The notes beneath the pieces are model-generated. The model was not told where the DNA came from. It searched no databases and saw nothing but the letters and a program-made list of their open reading frames with translations. From Thermoplasmata archaeon (GTDB lineage: Archaea > Thermoplasmatota > Thermoplasmata > Sysuiplasmatales > Sysuiplasmataceae): a stretch of 50,954 nucleotides of DNA. The number at the start of each line of letters is the position of its first letter. Within the stretch, counting starts at the first letter, position 1. Position numbers and translations under genes: made by a program. The DNA lies in NCBI GenBank assembly GCA_021811925.1, contig JAKAPY010000001.1, positions 1-50,954 of the forward strand. Reading direction: 5' to 3'. Shown piece after piece: positions 8,324-17,667 of the stretch.

Positions 8324-9610
8324 ATGCACATTTCCGATGTCATCAGGTCGGGAAAGGAAGGTTCAGAATATTCCATCAGAGGATGGATTTACAGGACAAG
8401 GAGCAGCGGCTCCATCGTCTTCTCGGTAATCAGGGATCAAACGGGCATAATGCAGTGCACCGTCAAGAAATCAGACGTTCCTGCGGCTGAGTTCGATGCT
8501 GCGGGAAAGGCGCTGATAGAGTCCTCTGTCGAATGCACTGGCATTCTCAAGAAGGATGAAAGGGCCCCGGGGGGATTTGAACTCAGGGCGACGGGGTTCA
8601 GGGTCGTTGCATTTGCCGACCCGTTTCCCATAACCGCAAACCAGAGCGAGGCATTTCTGCTGGACAACAGGCATCTCTGGATCAGGTCAAGGGAGCAGAC
8701 TGCGGTTATGAAGATCAAGGAGACCCTTCTCCAGGGTGCAAGGGAATGGTTCAGTGAAAGCGGATTCTTCGAGGTAACACCCCCCATACTCACCACGAAC
8801 GCATGCGAGGGAGGGACGACCCTCTTTTCACTGAAGTACTTCGGCGAGGATGCATATCTCAGCCAGAGCGCACAGATGTACCTTGAGGCAACTGCCTTCA
8901 GCCTGGAGAAGGTGTTCGCCGTAACGCCCTCCTTCAGGGCGGAAAAGTCAAGGACACCCCGCCACCTCACAGAATACTGGCACATGGAGGCGGAGGAGGC
9001 CTGGGTTGACAACGAGGGCAACATGAAGATACAGGAGGATCTGATAAGCGCAATTGCCTCCGCCATAGCCGGAAGGAGAAAGGACGAACTCGAACTCCTC
9101 GGCAGGAAGGCGGAGGAGCTGAAGGTTATAGAGCCGCCATTCGAGCGGCTGACATACTCCAAGGCGATCGAGATCCTGAACGGCAAGGGGAAGGAGCTGG
9201 CATGGGGTGATGACCTGGGCACAGATGAGGAGCGCTTGCTTACCGAAGACTACCTGAAGCCTGTCTTCGTGACAAGCTACCCGAAGACGTTGAAGGCATT
9301 CTACATGAAGGACAATGAGGAGGACCCGAGGACATACAAGTGCGCAGATATGCTGGCCCCCGAGGGCTTCGGCGAGATAATAGGCGGAAGCGAGAGGGAA
9401 ACAGACTACTCCAAGCTTGTCCGCAGGCTCGAGGAACAGAAAATACCCATGGAGCCTTACAGATGGTATCTGGACCTCAGGAAATTCGGTTCCGTGCCGC
9501 ACTCCGGTTTTGGCATGGGTGTGGAAAGGGTGCTGCGCTGGATCTGCAGGCTTGAGCACATACGCGATGCAACGCCTTTTCCGAGGACACCCTCGAGGAT
9601 ATACCCGTAG
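8324..9610 (+). CDS. asnS: Asparaginyl-tRNA synthetase (class IIb)
   Basis: An OB-fold N-terminus is present (IRGWIYRTRSSGSIVFSVIRDQTG). Class II motifs are present (PSFRAEKSRTPRHLTEYWHMEAEEAW; GFGMGVERVLRWI), with the C-terminal FPRTPSRIYP. The motif pattern favours AsnRS over AspRS. I trimmed the start to ATG 8324 (track GTG 8303). Confidence 0.82.
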   Translation: MHISDVIRSGKEGSEYSIRGWIYRTRSSGSIVFSVIRDQTGIMQCTVKKSDVPAAEFDAAGKALIESSVECTGILKKDERAPGGFELRATGFRVVAFADPFPITANQSEAFLLDNRHLWIRSREQTAVMKIKETLLQGAREWFSESGFFEVTPPILTTNACEGGTTLFSLKYFGEDAYLSQSAQMYLEATAFSLEKVFAVTPSFRAEKSRTPRHLTEYWHMEAEEAWVDNEGNMKIQEDLISAIASAIAGRRKDELELLGRKAEELKVIEPPFERLTYSKAIEILNGKGKELAWGDDLGTDEERLLTEDYLKPVFVTSYPKTLKAFYMKDNEEDPRTYKCADMLAPEGFGEIIGGSERETDYSKLVRRLEEQKIPMEPYRWYLDLRKFGSVPHSGFGMGVERVLRWICRLEHIRDATPFPRTPSRIYP

Positions 9611-9613
9611 TGC

Positions 9614-10723
9614 CTACTTCCCCAACTTGACAAACGGCGGCTTCACCGCCCTGCCATCTATCTCCCTACCCCTCACTGCAATGGTCACCCTGCCATCCGC
9701 TTTGGGCCAGGGGTTCATGTAACCCATCGCAACCGCTCTTCCGAGCACAGGCGAGTAGCCCCCGCTTGTGACGTGTCCCTGCCCACTTTCGCTCCTGACA
9801 ATATCTCCATGCCTCGGTATGACCTTCCCTTCGGTCAGGAAACTGAAAAGCCTGGGATAGCCGCCCCCGCTCTTCTGCCTCGAGAGCGCCTCTTTCCCTA
9901 TGAAGTCGTGGTTCCAGCTTATTATCCAGTTATACCCTGTTTCAAGGGTCGACTGTTTCCCGTCGAAGTCTGTTCCAGACAGCAGGTAGCATTTCTCAAG
10001 CCTGAGCGAATCCCTGGCACCGAGACCCACGGGATGGATTCCGAACTCCCTTCCCTTCTCCATTATCCCCCTCCATGTCTCCGCTCCCCTGTTCCTGTGC
10101 ACAAAAAGCTCGAAACCGTCTTCCCCTGTATATCCTGTTCTGGAAATGTAGTATGAACCGCCTTCAAGCCTCTGCATGAAACTGCCTTTGCCGCTACCGG
10201 TGAACATCCCCCTGAAGCCTCCGAGCGAGGTGGCTTCAGGCGATATTTTCTCCATGACTCCCACGGCAGCCGGTCCCTGGAGAGCGAAGCAGCAGATGTC
10301 ATCGCTGTAATCACTTATGCCGCAGTGCGCATTCTTCGTTACCCATGCAAGAACCTCGGACGTCTTCGATGCATTCGGAACAGTAAGGAACTCATCTCCC
10401 GATATGCGAGTGGCGATTGTGTCGTCGATTATCCTTCCGTCCTCGTTCAGGTGGTGCGTATAGGTGCAAACTCCCGGCTCAGTATCCTGCAGTGTGTTTG
10501 TCGAAAGCCTGTCAAGCTCCCTCGCTGCATGCTCGCCGGAAAAAAGCAGCTCGCCCATGTGCGATACGTCGAAAAGCCCCACCTTCTGCCGGACGGCCAT
10601 GTGCTCCTCGATTATGGAGCCGTAGTGGAGAGGCATCTCCCAGCCCGCGAACTCCACCATGTGTCCGCCCAGCCGTAAGTGCTCTTCGTAAACAGGCGTC
10701 CTTTTCAGTGTGATATTCTGCAT
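9614..10723 (-). CDS. gcvT: Glycine cleavage system T protein (aminomethyltransferase)
   Basis: The N-terminal signature is present (RTPVYEEHLRLGGHMVEFAGWEMPLHYGSIIEEHMAVRQKVGLFDVSHMGE). I trimmed the start to ATG 10723 (MQNITLKRTP), which removes the overlap with orc1. The track start was 10777. Confidence 0.85.
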   Translation of the reverse strand: MQNITLKRTPVYEEHLRLGGHMVEFAGWEMPLHYGSIIEEHMAVRQKVGLFDVSHMGELLFSGEHAARELDRLSTNTLQDTEPGVCTYTHHLNEDGRIIDDTIATRISGDEFLTVPNASKTSEVLAWVTKNAHCGISDYSDDICCFALQGPAAVGVMEKISPEATSLGGFRGMFTGSGKGSFMQRLEGGSYYISRTGYTGEDGFELFVHRNRGAETWRGIMEKGREFGIHPVGLGARDSLRLEKCYLLSGTDFDGKQSTLETGYNWIISWNHDFIGKEALSRQKSGGGYPRLFSFLTEGKVIPRHGDIVRSESGQGHVTSGGYSPVLGRAVAMGYMNPWPKADGRVTIAVRGREIDGRAVKPPFVKLGK

Positions 10724-10733
10724 CTCCCAACCT

Positions 10734-11906
10734 TCATCTTGCCTTCTGCTTCTTGCTGCTGCTGAGCATGCGCTCAATCTGCTGCACCATTATGTCGGCT
10801 GGCACATCCAGCATTGTGATCATGTTGGTCATTCCAGCCACGCTGCCCTTCTTGGACCTTATGTCAAGCAGGCCAAGGCCGGCCAGCTCCTTCACGTGTG
10901 AATAGAACTGCGTGTGTGCCCTGGGCTTTGTGTCATGCTCCTCACACGCTATCCTGTAACTTTTTTCAACCTCTGATGTTTCAGTGTATGCCTTGTTCCT
11001 GAGCATCCTCGCGGTCGCCAGGAGTATGAGCATCTGATCCCTGTTCAGGCCGGCCACTCGTTCCTCCGTCACGAAGGCGTAGGTCGCCGCTTTTGCGGCC
11101 CTCACGTCCTCGGTGAATATCTTCTCCCCGGACCGCTCATTTGCGATCATGCCTGACTTTTCAAGCATCTCTATGGCGAATCTCGCATCGCCCCACTCAC
11201 TTGCGATGTCGGCGATCATGTCAAGGACACCATCATCGTAGCTGCCGCTAACGAGAGCCAGGTCCGCCCTTGCCGAGATTATGTCAAAAAGCTGTTCCTT
11301 GGTGTACTTTCCGAATTCGATTATGTTTGTCCGCTTGAAGGTTGAAAGGGCCGACTTGTCAAGCAGGTCGAAAACGTGTCTCTGTGAAATAAGTATGAGG
11401 GACACCCTGTTCTTCAGTGTGTCAGACTCTTCGGGAAGCCTGCTCAGGAAGTATACGAGGTCGCTCGCACCGCTTTTGAAAAGCGCATCCACCTCGTCCA
11501 GAACGAATATGCAGTGCCCTCCCCTTTTCTCTATATGCTTCCTGAGCACTTTCCTGAGCTCCTGCGCCGAGAACCCCCTGTCAGGAAAATTCGGATCGAA
11601 GTAGTTTATCATCTTGAGAAGTGTGGACGCCTCGCTGTTCCTCTGCCTGCAGTTGACAATGGTCCATTCGATGCTCTTCCCTGCCTTCCTTGCGCTCATG
11701 GAAAGCTCGGCGCAGAAGCGCTTCGACGTGACCGTCTTTCCTGTTCCGATGCTCCCGACAATAAGTGCGTTCTGGCTGTAACCGCCCTGTGTGACGGGTT
11801 CGAACATTACCTCAAGCTTCCTCCACTGTTCCTCCCTGTGAAGAAGCTTCTCGGGAACGTAATCGAATGAAAGCTTTGTTATATCTCTGAATACGCCGCT
11901 CGACAT
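10734..11906 (-). CDS. orc1: Orc1/Cdc6 replication initiator (AAA+ ATPase plus winged helix)
   Basis: Walker A (GSIGTGKTVTSK) and Walker B (IFVLDEVD) motifs are present. The N-terminal DYVPEKLLHREEQ and a C-terminal winged-helix region are typical of archaeal Orc1/Cdc6. Confidence 0.9.
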   Translation of the reverse strand: MSSGVFRDITKLSFDYVPEKLLHREEQWRKLEVMFEPVTQGGYSQNALIVGSIGTGKTVTSKRFCAELSMSARKAGKSIEWTIVNCRQRNSEASTLLKMINYFDPNFPDRGFSAQELRKVLRKHIEKRGGHCIFVLDEVDALFKSGASDLVYFLSRLPEESDTLKNRVSLILISQRHVFDLLDKSALSTFKRTNIIEFGKYTKEQLFDIISARADLALVSGSYDDGVLDMIADIASEWGDARFAIEMLEKSGMIANERSGEKIFTEDVRAAKAATYAFVTEERVAGLNRDQMLILLATARMLRNKAYTETSEVEKSYRIACEEHDTKPRAHTQFYSHVKELAGLGLLDIRSKKGSVAGMTNMITMLDVPADIMVQQIERMLSSSKKQKAR

Positions 11907-11989
11907 GTGGGGTTCAGCCTAGGTTATCTGCGGCTTCTTTTATTATCTTTGCAATGGAACTGTCCCTGTACCGGGGTTTCCCTGTTGTT

Positions 11990-14900
11990 TCAGTCCGTGT
12001 GGGGCCAATCGGAATAGCTCTTCCTTTCAGATTCCATGCTGCGCTTTGCCATGACGAGGGATATGTCGTTGGAAACGCTCGAGAGCGTGTCCAGCTCTGC
12101 GGAAGTGAACGGGGGCGGGTTGTCCCTGTAGACCATCAGCACACCCAGCAGCTTCTCGTTCACTATCAGCGGCATTCCAAGCACGCTTTCAAACTTCTCC
12201 ACATTCGTTCCCCTGATATGCACCGCATTGTTGTTGATTGCCGCATTTGCTATCAGCACGGGCAGCTTGTTCCTCACCACGCTTCCCACAATTCCCTGGT
12301 TTGAGTTCACCTCGTAACCCACCAGGTGTTCCGTGGACATGTTCTTGTAGTACTCTGCAGAAACCCTCATCTTCTGCGCTTCCGGCTCGTACTTCCAGAG
12401 CAGTCCCAGGTCTGCTCCGCACATGTCGACCAGTGTTGGCAGGACGCTGTCGAATATCTCATACTCCTTCTTTCCGTAGACGAGTGCATTCACGATGCTG
12501 TGTGTTATCTCGATATGCTTGAGCTTCTCGTTTATTCCCGAAAGCAGCCTCGTCTTGTCCAGTGCGGTTGAAACCATCCTTGATATCTTGCTGAAATTCT
12601 CAATATCCTCCGCACCGTACTTAGGCGCTCCTTCCGTGTTCACCACCGCGACAACCATTGAATCATGCTGCATGCCTGACCTTACAAGAAGCAGCTCGTT
12701 TGTCTCCAGGCCCTTGGACCATTCCTCCTCCAGCGCTGCGCGTTCTACTATCCTGGGGCTGTGCAGCTGTTCGTCGAACTGCAGTCCGATCGGGCCGCTG
12801 TTGTAAACGACATCGCCTTCCTCTATATCCTGTGATGTCGAATACAGTATTCTCTTGACATTGTGCACATCCGCCGTGATGAGCACGGACGAGGCATGGA
12901 AGAGATTCTTCACCTCTTCCGCAACAAGTTCAATCAGTTCGCTGAATGTCTTGGAGGAATACAGCCTGAGCTCCGCAGCCTGCAGCTTGTCAAAATCTGA
13001 AACAAGCCTCCTTCTCTCCTCCTTGGCCGTAGCCGCCCTTACTGTGGAAGAGGCAATGTTGGAAAGGAGTTCCAGCGTCCTTACATGCTCCGTCCCGTAC
13101 CTGCCGTCCCTTGTGTTCATGACGGCAAGGAACCCCCTCTGCTTCACGTCTATCTTGATTGGAACGCCTGCAATCTGCCTGAATTTGAGAGTTTCGAGAG
13201 CATACTGCTCCCTGTCCGGATCGCTTGCATAGTCGTTCACAATTTCCGCTTCCAGAGTACGGAGTATCCTGCCGGTGACACCTTCTTTGTACCACTTCTT
13301 GACAAACTCCTCCGAGATCTCAAAGCCTTTTGTCAATCCTGAAATGAATTTCTCCTTTTCAACATCAAATATGGCCAGCGCCGAAAGATCTGAATTTGTC
13401 AGAAGCGATGCGGCCTCGACGATGGAGGACACAATTTTGTTGTCACCCTCCGCGAGCGACATCCTGGATATCACCTCTTCGACCTTCTTCAGCCTCCTTC
13501 TTTCCAGGGCGGACTCTTCTGCAAGGTCGATGCTTTCCATCCTTATGTTGGCAAGGGACGCCAGCCCGGAGAGCGCATCCTCCCTTGCCTTCGCAAGGAA
13601 ATAATTGCTCTGTCCTGCAATTACGACAACGCCTTTCAGGTCGCCGTATGTTGACCTCACGGTCAGGGCATAGATTTGCCTGTCCGTTTCGCCGCCGGCA
13701 AGTTCCGAGAGCTTCTCGCCAAGCATATCCGGCTGAACATCATGAACGTACTTGGACACTTCAGTCGAAGCGGCAAGCATTATTGAAATTTCATCCGCAC
13801 CCACCCTGAATGAGTCATTTGCAGGATCTACGAGTCTGAAATCCTCCCCTTCATTTACAAGACCGTACGCCCTGCCCCTGGTCATGCGCGATATGCCTTC
13901 AGTGAGTTTGGAGACAAGCCTGTTCAAGGTGTCTGCACTCCCTATCTCGAAAGAAGCCACGAGGAACGCGGAAGCACCGGCCTTGAGTCTCTGGATCTCC
14001 TCGCTCTGCATCCTGTTTTTTGCCCTGAGTACAAATCCCCTGACCAGTATTCCGAAAGAACGGCTGAGCCTCTCCCACATCTCCTTTTCCTGGCTCAGTC
14101 GTGGTTTTCTCGGCAGTTCGAAGGCAACGCTCAACAGGCTGTCATCGCCTTCCCTTACGGGAAATGCAATAAGACTCCCGTTTGCATCGTCATGCAAGAG
14201 TTGCTTTGTCTGCATGCTGTCCCGCATCAGCGCGACAAGAGTTTCCTCCTTCCCGCGCCTGGCATCTCCATCATTCTCCGAAGATGAGATGCATGCGACT
14301 TCGCCCGCAGGCAGGAGCCCGTAAGCCCGGATGAAGCCCTTTTCCTTCAGCCTTTCAAGGATCCTGCCGAGCACTGCGGTTGTCGTGATGACACCCGCTC
14401 TCGAAGCTTCACTCACTGTCTTGTCAATCTCCTCTATTGCAGTCAGCCAGGCAAATGACACTCCTGTCTCCATCTCAGTCAGGCCAAGGAGTGTATGGTA
14501 GAGAAGGCGTGTCCCATTCCTTACCTCGTCTCCGTCACTCCTTGACGCATCCATTTCATATATTGCAACAATGGGGCTGCCCCTTGAGGAATAGATCGGC
14601 GTAATTGTCCTGGATTTCATCATGTTGGTTGCCGGATCGAGCCGTAGTCCAGCAGTCGTCACTCCACTCTTCAGCGATTCCAGGATTTCAGCGAAGGCGT
14701 CGACTCTAATCGTCTCACCTTCCGAAACAATCAGTTCCGGCTTTCCTTCGTTCTCACAGTAAAGCTGTATTGATTCGAGGCCGAAAGAATCCCGGATGGC
14801 AGTCGTGAGAGCCGCGAGCCTGTCGACTGCAGATGCATTCAAGGTGAAACTCCTGACGACCTGTAGCAGTTTTTCGAATGTCTTTGCATTCATCCGGTTC

Positions 14901-15364
14901 TCATCAGCCGCCTGCGGCAGGAGGGCAATCACGGCGCCCTTCAGCATCCTGGAGAACCCGATGACCGATTCCCTGTCCTTTACTGGCCCAAGGATTGCAA
15001 GCACTCCGGCGGCAATGTTGTCATGGAAAAGCGGGAGTGCGAAAAGGTCATCAACTGAACCGATTTTAACATCGGACGTGGGAATCCTGTCCTCATTTGA
15101 TGCTATGCACATGGACAGGTGCTCCCGCAGCGACGGGGATGAGAGACCCTCTCCCTCCGCTTCTTCCGGTACAGAAATTATTTTCCTGAACTCATTCCCG
15201 TCGAATGAGAAAAGAGCCACGCTCCTGCAGTCAAATGTGTCCCTGATGCTTCTCAACATCCGAACCAGAGGGGCATTTCCTGCGCCCGGGCCGCCTTCCA
15301 GCCGGACAATACGTTTGCCCGAGGCAATTCCGGATCGGAATGGCCTGACGTGGCCGGAACTCAT
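11990..15364 (-). CDS. Large cytoplasmic protein built of about seven tandem GAF-like domains; no recognisable output domain
   Basis: 1124 aa with no TM segments. The clearest GAF modules are near the C-terminus. One is CGADLGLLWKYEPEAQKMRVSAEYY...GIVGSVVRNKLPVLIANA...SVLGMPLIVNEKLLGVLMVYRDNPPPFTSAELDTLSSVSNDISLVM. Another is TNSDLSALAIFDVEKEKF...GVTGRIL...IAGVPIKIDVKQRGFLAVMN. Five further modules of about 150 aa have the same pattern. Confidence 0.8.
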   Translation of the reverse strand: MSSGHVRPFRSGIASGKRIVRLEGGPGAGNAPLVRMLRSIRDTFDCRSVALFSFDGNEFRKIISVPEEAEGEGLSSPSLREHLSMCIASNEDRIPTSDVKIGSVDDLFALPLFHDNIAAGVLAILGPVKDRESVIGFSRMLKGAVIALLPQAADENRMNAKTFEKLLQVVRSFTLNASAVDRLAALTTAIRDSFGLESIQLYCENEGKPELIVSEGETIRVDAFAEILESLKSGVTTAGLRLDPATNMMKSRTITPIYSSRGSPIVAIYEMDASRSDGDEVRNGTRLLYHTLLGLTEMETGVSFAWLTAIEEIDKTVSEASRAGVITTTAVLGRILERLKEKGFIRAYGLLPAGEVACISSSENDGDARRGKEETLVALMRDSMQTKQLLHDDANGSLIAFPVREGDDSLLSVAFELPRKPRLSQEKEMWERLSRSFGILVRGFVLRAKNRMQSEEIQRLKAGASAFLVASFEIGSADTLNRLVSKLTEGISRMTRGRAYGLVNEGEDFRLVDPANDSFRVGADEISIMLAASTEVSKYVHDVQPDMLGEKLSELAGGETDRQIYALTVRSTYGDLKGVVVIAGQSNYFLAKAREDALSGLASLANIRMESIDLAEESALERRRLKKVEEVISRMSLAEGDNKIVSSIVEAASLLTNSDLSALAIFDVEKEKFISGLTKGFEISEEFVKKWYKEGVTGRILRTLEAEIVNDYASDPDREQYALETLKFRQIAGVPIKIDVKQRGFLAVMNTRDGRYGTEHVRTLELLSNIASSTVRAATAKEERRRLVSDFDKLQAAELRLYSSKTFSELIELVAEEVKNLFHASSVLITADVHNVKRILYSTSQDIEEGDVVYNSGPIGLQFDEQLHSPRIVERAALEEEWSKGLETNELLLVRSGMQHDSMVVAVVNTEGAPKYGAEDIENFSKISRMVSTALDKTRLLSGINEKLKHIEITHSIVNALVYGKKEYEIFDSVLPTLVDMCGADLGLLWKYEPEAQKMRVSAEYYKNMSTEHLVGYEVNSNQGIVGSVVRNKLPVLIANAAINNNAVHIRGTNVEKFESVLGMPLIVNEKLLGVLMVYRDNPPPFTSAELDTLSSVSNDISLVMAKRSMESERKSYSDWPHTD

Positions 15365-15388
15365 ACATCGGATTTTCCTTTGACACCA

Positions 15389-15396
15389 TATATAAA
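15389..15396 (-). promoter_or_regulatory. TATA-like box (TTTATATA on the minus strand) about 28 nt upstream of the multi-GAF gene ATG
   Basis: The plus strand reads TATATAAA at 15389-15396, and the ATG of the minus-strand gene is at 15364. This spacing fits an archaeal promoter that produces a leaderless or near-leaderless mRNA. Confidence 0.4.
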
Positions 15397-15575
15397 TTCC
15401 CGTACAATTACGGTTTTATGATTCTGTTCGGCAGGCGCACTACGGAATTTCCAGCATGTTGTAATTGGACATCCATCCGCTGGGTGATGGAAGGACAGGC
15501 AATTCTGTGCTCTCCGGCGTCATTAGCAGTGCACAATTGAAAAAGGAAAAATAGTAACCAGTTCTACCTTTCCAT

Positions 15576-16274
15576 GTGAAAGCACTGGTTGCAGGTTATG
15601 AAGTCATGTTTGCCGGTCCACATATGGACATGACTCTGTCACCCGCAGATATTGCATCCCTTTCGTCTGTTTTCGATGAAGAGGGGCACGACGTCGGTCC
15701 CCGGAGGCTTTCATATCTTCTGGATGAGCGAATGGTAGCCAGAGCGGCAAGAATCCGAGAAACAGGCATGGAAACACCCCTCGACACACTTCTGGAGAAC
15801 GTGCTTGACGATCTTGAGATAGACGCCCCTTCTCTTGTTCCAAGGCTTGTTGACTCGGTTGCTTCGAGGCGAATGGAACGGTTCAGGGCCGTAGACGGCT
15901 GCGTCGAGTTCATAAGCTCCCTCCGCGAATCAAAGGTGGCGGTCGGAATGGTGTGCAATGCGCCGATCGGCATTCCGCCGGAGCACATAAGGGAACTGAT
16001 CGAAAGGTGCGGACTTGGCGGTCTTCTTGACGACATGCAGTTCTCGTCAGAAAACGGGGTAGTCAGACCGCATGCCCGCCCTTACAGGTACCTGATAAGC
16101 AACATGGACATCAGTCCCGGCGAGACATCCGTGCTTACAGGCATCCCGGGAGAGATGGAAGTGCTTCGCAAACTCGGATTTGAGAACATATTTTTCCCCG
16201 AACTCGGGGAGCTGCCCAATCCAGACGGGGCGGTAACGATTCATGAGCTTGCCGAAGTGTCCAGGTTTCTTTAG
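15576..16274 (+). CDS. HAD-superfamily-like protein with substituted catalytic motifs
   Basis: The layout is HAD-like: VAVGMVCNAP (motif II position), GVVRPHARPYRY (motif III position) and a cap region between. Motif I reads H-M-D-M-T (15621-15635) instead of DxDxT. It has a GTG start; later ATG starts are possible. Confidence 0.5.
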   Translation: MKALVAGYEVMFAGPHMDMTLSPADIASLSSVFDEEGHDVGPRRLSYLLDERMVARAARIRETGMETPLDTLLENVLDDLEIDAPSLVPRLVDSVASRRMERFRAVDGCVEFISSLRESKVAVGMVCNAPIGIPPEHIRELIERCGLGGLLDDMQFSSENGVVRPHARPYRYLISNMDISPGETSVLTGIPGEMEVLRKLGFENIFFPELGELPNPDGAVTIHELAEVSRFL

Positions 16275-17222
16275 TCATTCCCATTCTATTGTTGCCGGCG
16301 GCTTGTTAGTTATGTCGTAAACAACTCTTGTCACCGAGGCTCCAAGCCTGTTTGTAATCCTGGTCGAGATGTTCTCCAGCAATTCGTGCGGCAGCACTGA
16401 GAATCTGGCAGTCATTGCGTCTTTCGATGCAACCGCCCTTACCACTATAGTTCTGCCATATGCCCTGACATCGCCCTGAACACCGACGCTCCTGACAGGA
16501 ATGAGCGCAGCAAAGTACTGCCAGGGCAGTGAGCTGATAAGCTTCTCCTCAAAGGCCTTCTCTATTTCCTCCTCAACAATGGCGCAGGCCTCCCTTTCTA
16601 TCTCCACGTCTCCTCTTGTGAGTTTCCCGAGAACACGGACTGCCAGACCAGGTCCAGGGAATGGCTGGCGCTCTGAGACGCTTATGCCGAGGTGCCTGGC
16701 AACCGCCCTTACCTCATCCTTGTACAAATCCCTGAGCGGTTCAACGAGCTTGAGCTTCATATCTGACGGGAGTCCGGCGACATTGTGGTGGGACTTTATC
16801 CTGTCCCTTAGCGCTCCGCCGCTTTCTATCCAGTCCGGTGCTATAGTCCCCTGCACCAGGTACTCGGCGCCGGTAGCTTCAGCTTCCTTTTCGAATACCT
16901 CGATGAATTTCCTTCCGATTATCGTCCTTTTCTGTTCCGCATCCTCCACTCCCTCAAGCGCCTCGAAGAAGATATCGGATGCGTTTACGATCTTGAAATT
17001 CAGATTCAGGCCGGAGAACATTGCATTCAGTTTTTCTGTCTCCCCCTTTCTCATGAAGCCCGTGTCAACATACACGGCAAGCAGCCTGCTTCCGATAGCC
17101 CTGCTGACTATCACCGCCGCAGTGGTGCTGTCCACTCCTCCGGAAAGTGCCACAATTGCCCTTCCAGTGACCCTGGATGAGGCATCGCTCACCTGTTCTT
17201 CAACGAACTTTTGAACGTCCAT
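16275..17222 (-). CDS. guaA: GMP synthase (glutamine-hydrolysing) subunit B, ATP pyrophosphatase domain
   Basis: The PP-loop is present (VALSGGVDSTTAAV). The dimerisation domain and the characteristic C-terminus (NKPPATIEWE) are present. At 315 aa it is typical for the archaeal split subunit B. Confidence 0.9.
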   Translation of the reverse strand: MDVQKFVEEQVSDASSRVTGRAIVALSGGVDSTTAAVIVSRAIGSRLLAVYVDTGFMRKGETEKLNAMFSGLNLNFKIVNASDIFFEALEGVEDAEQKRTIIGRKFIEVFEKEAEATGAEYLVQGTIAPDWIESGGALRDRIKSHHNVAGLPSDMKLKLVEPLRDLYKDEVRAVARHLGISVSERQPFPGPGLAVRVLGKLTRGDVEIEREACAIVEEEIEKAFEEKLISSLPWQYFAALIPVRSVGVQGDVRAYGRTIVVRAVASKDAMTARFSVLPHELLENISTRITNRLGASVTRVVYDITNKPPATIEWE

Positions 17223-17291
17223 CTGCTGCCTCTCGCAATTGACATCATCGGTAGGAATGACTAAAACCTGTCGATGAACGGTGACGGCGCT

Positions 17292-17636
17292 TCAGGTCTT
17301 CATTATCGCCAGGAGGAACACAAGAACAGCTATGACGGCGCCTATGATTGCCGCAACTATGCTCAGGAACGCACCCCATATGACATCGGCGAGTCCTGGT
17401 GTAGTGTAGCTGTAGTAATTGGCGATGAATAGCCATGCAACTGCCACGATTATGCCGACGACAAGCAGCACTGCGCCCACGGCCCTGCTTTTGCCTGTAC
17501 CAAAGTAGGATGTGAATGCGCCGGCGAGTATCATGAAAATACTGAATGTGAGGAGTAGAATTGTTACGAAGTTGCCCGCATTTTCAGTCGGTATTGCATT
17601 TCCCTGAGCGAGAAGTAGTATCCCTTGTAGCATCAT
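17292..17636 (-). CDS. Small integral membrane protein (114 aa, 3-4 predicted TM helices)
   Basis: The composition is strongly hydrophobic (FVTILLLTFSIFMILAGAF; AVGAVLLVVGIIVAVAWLFI; WGAFLSIVAAIIGAVIAVLVFLLAI). No family was recognised. Confidence 0.6.
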   Translation of the reverse strand: MMLQGILLLAQGNAIPTENAGNFVTILLLTFSIFMILAGAFTSYFGTGKSRAVGAVLLVVGIIVAVAWLFIANYYSYTTPGLADVIWGAFLSIVAAIIGAVIAVLVFLLAIMKT

Positions 17637-17667
17637 TTACTTTCCAACCCTGAAATTCCCTCGATAC

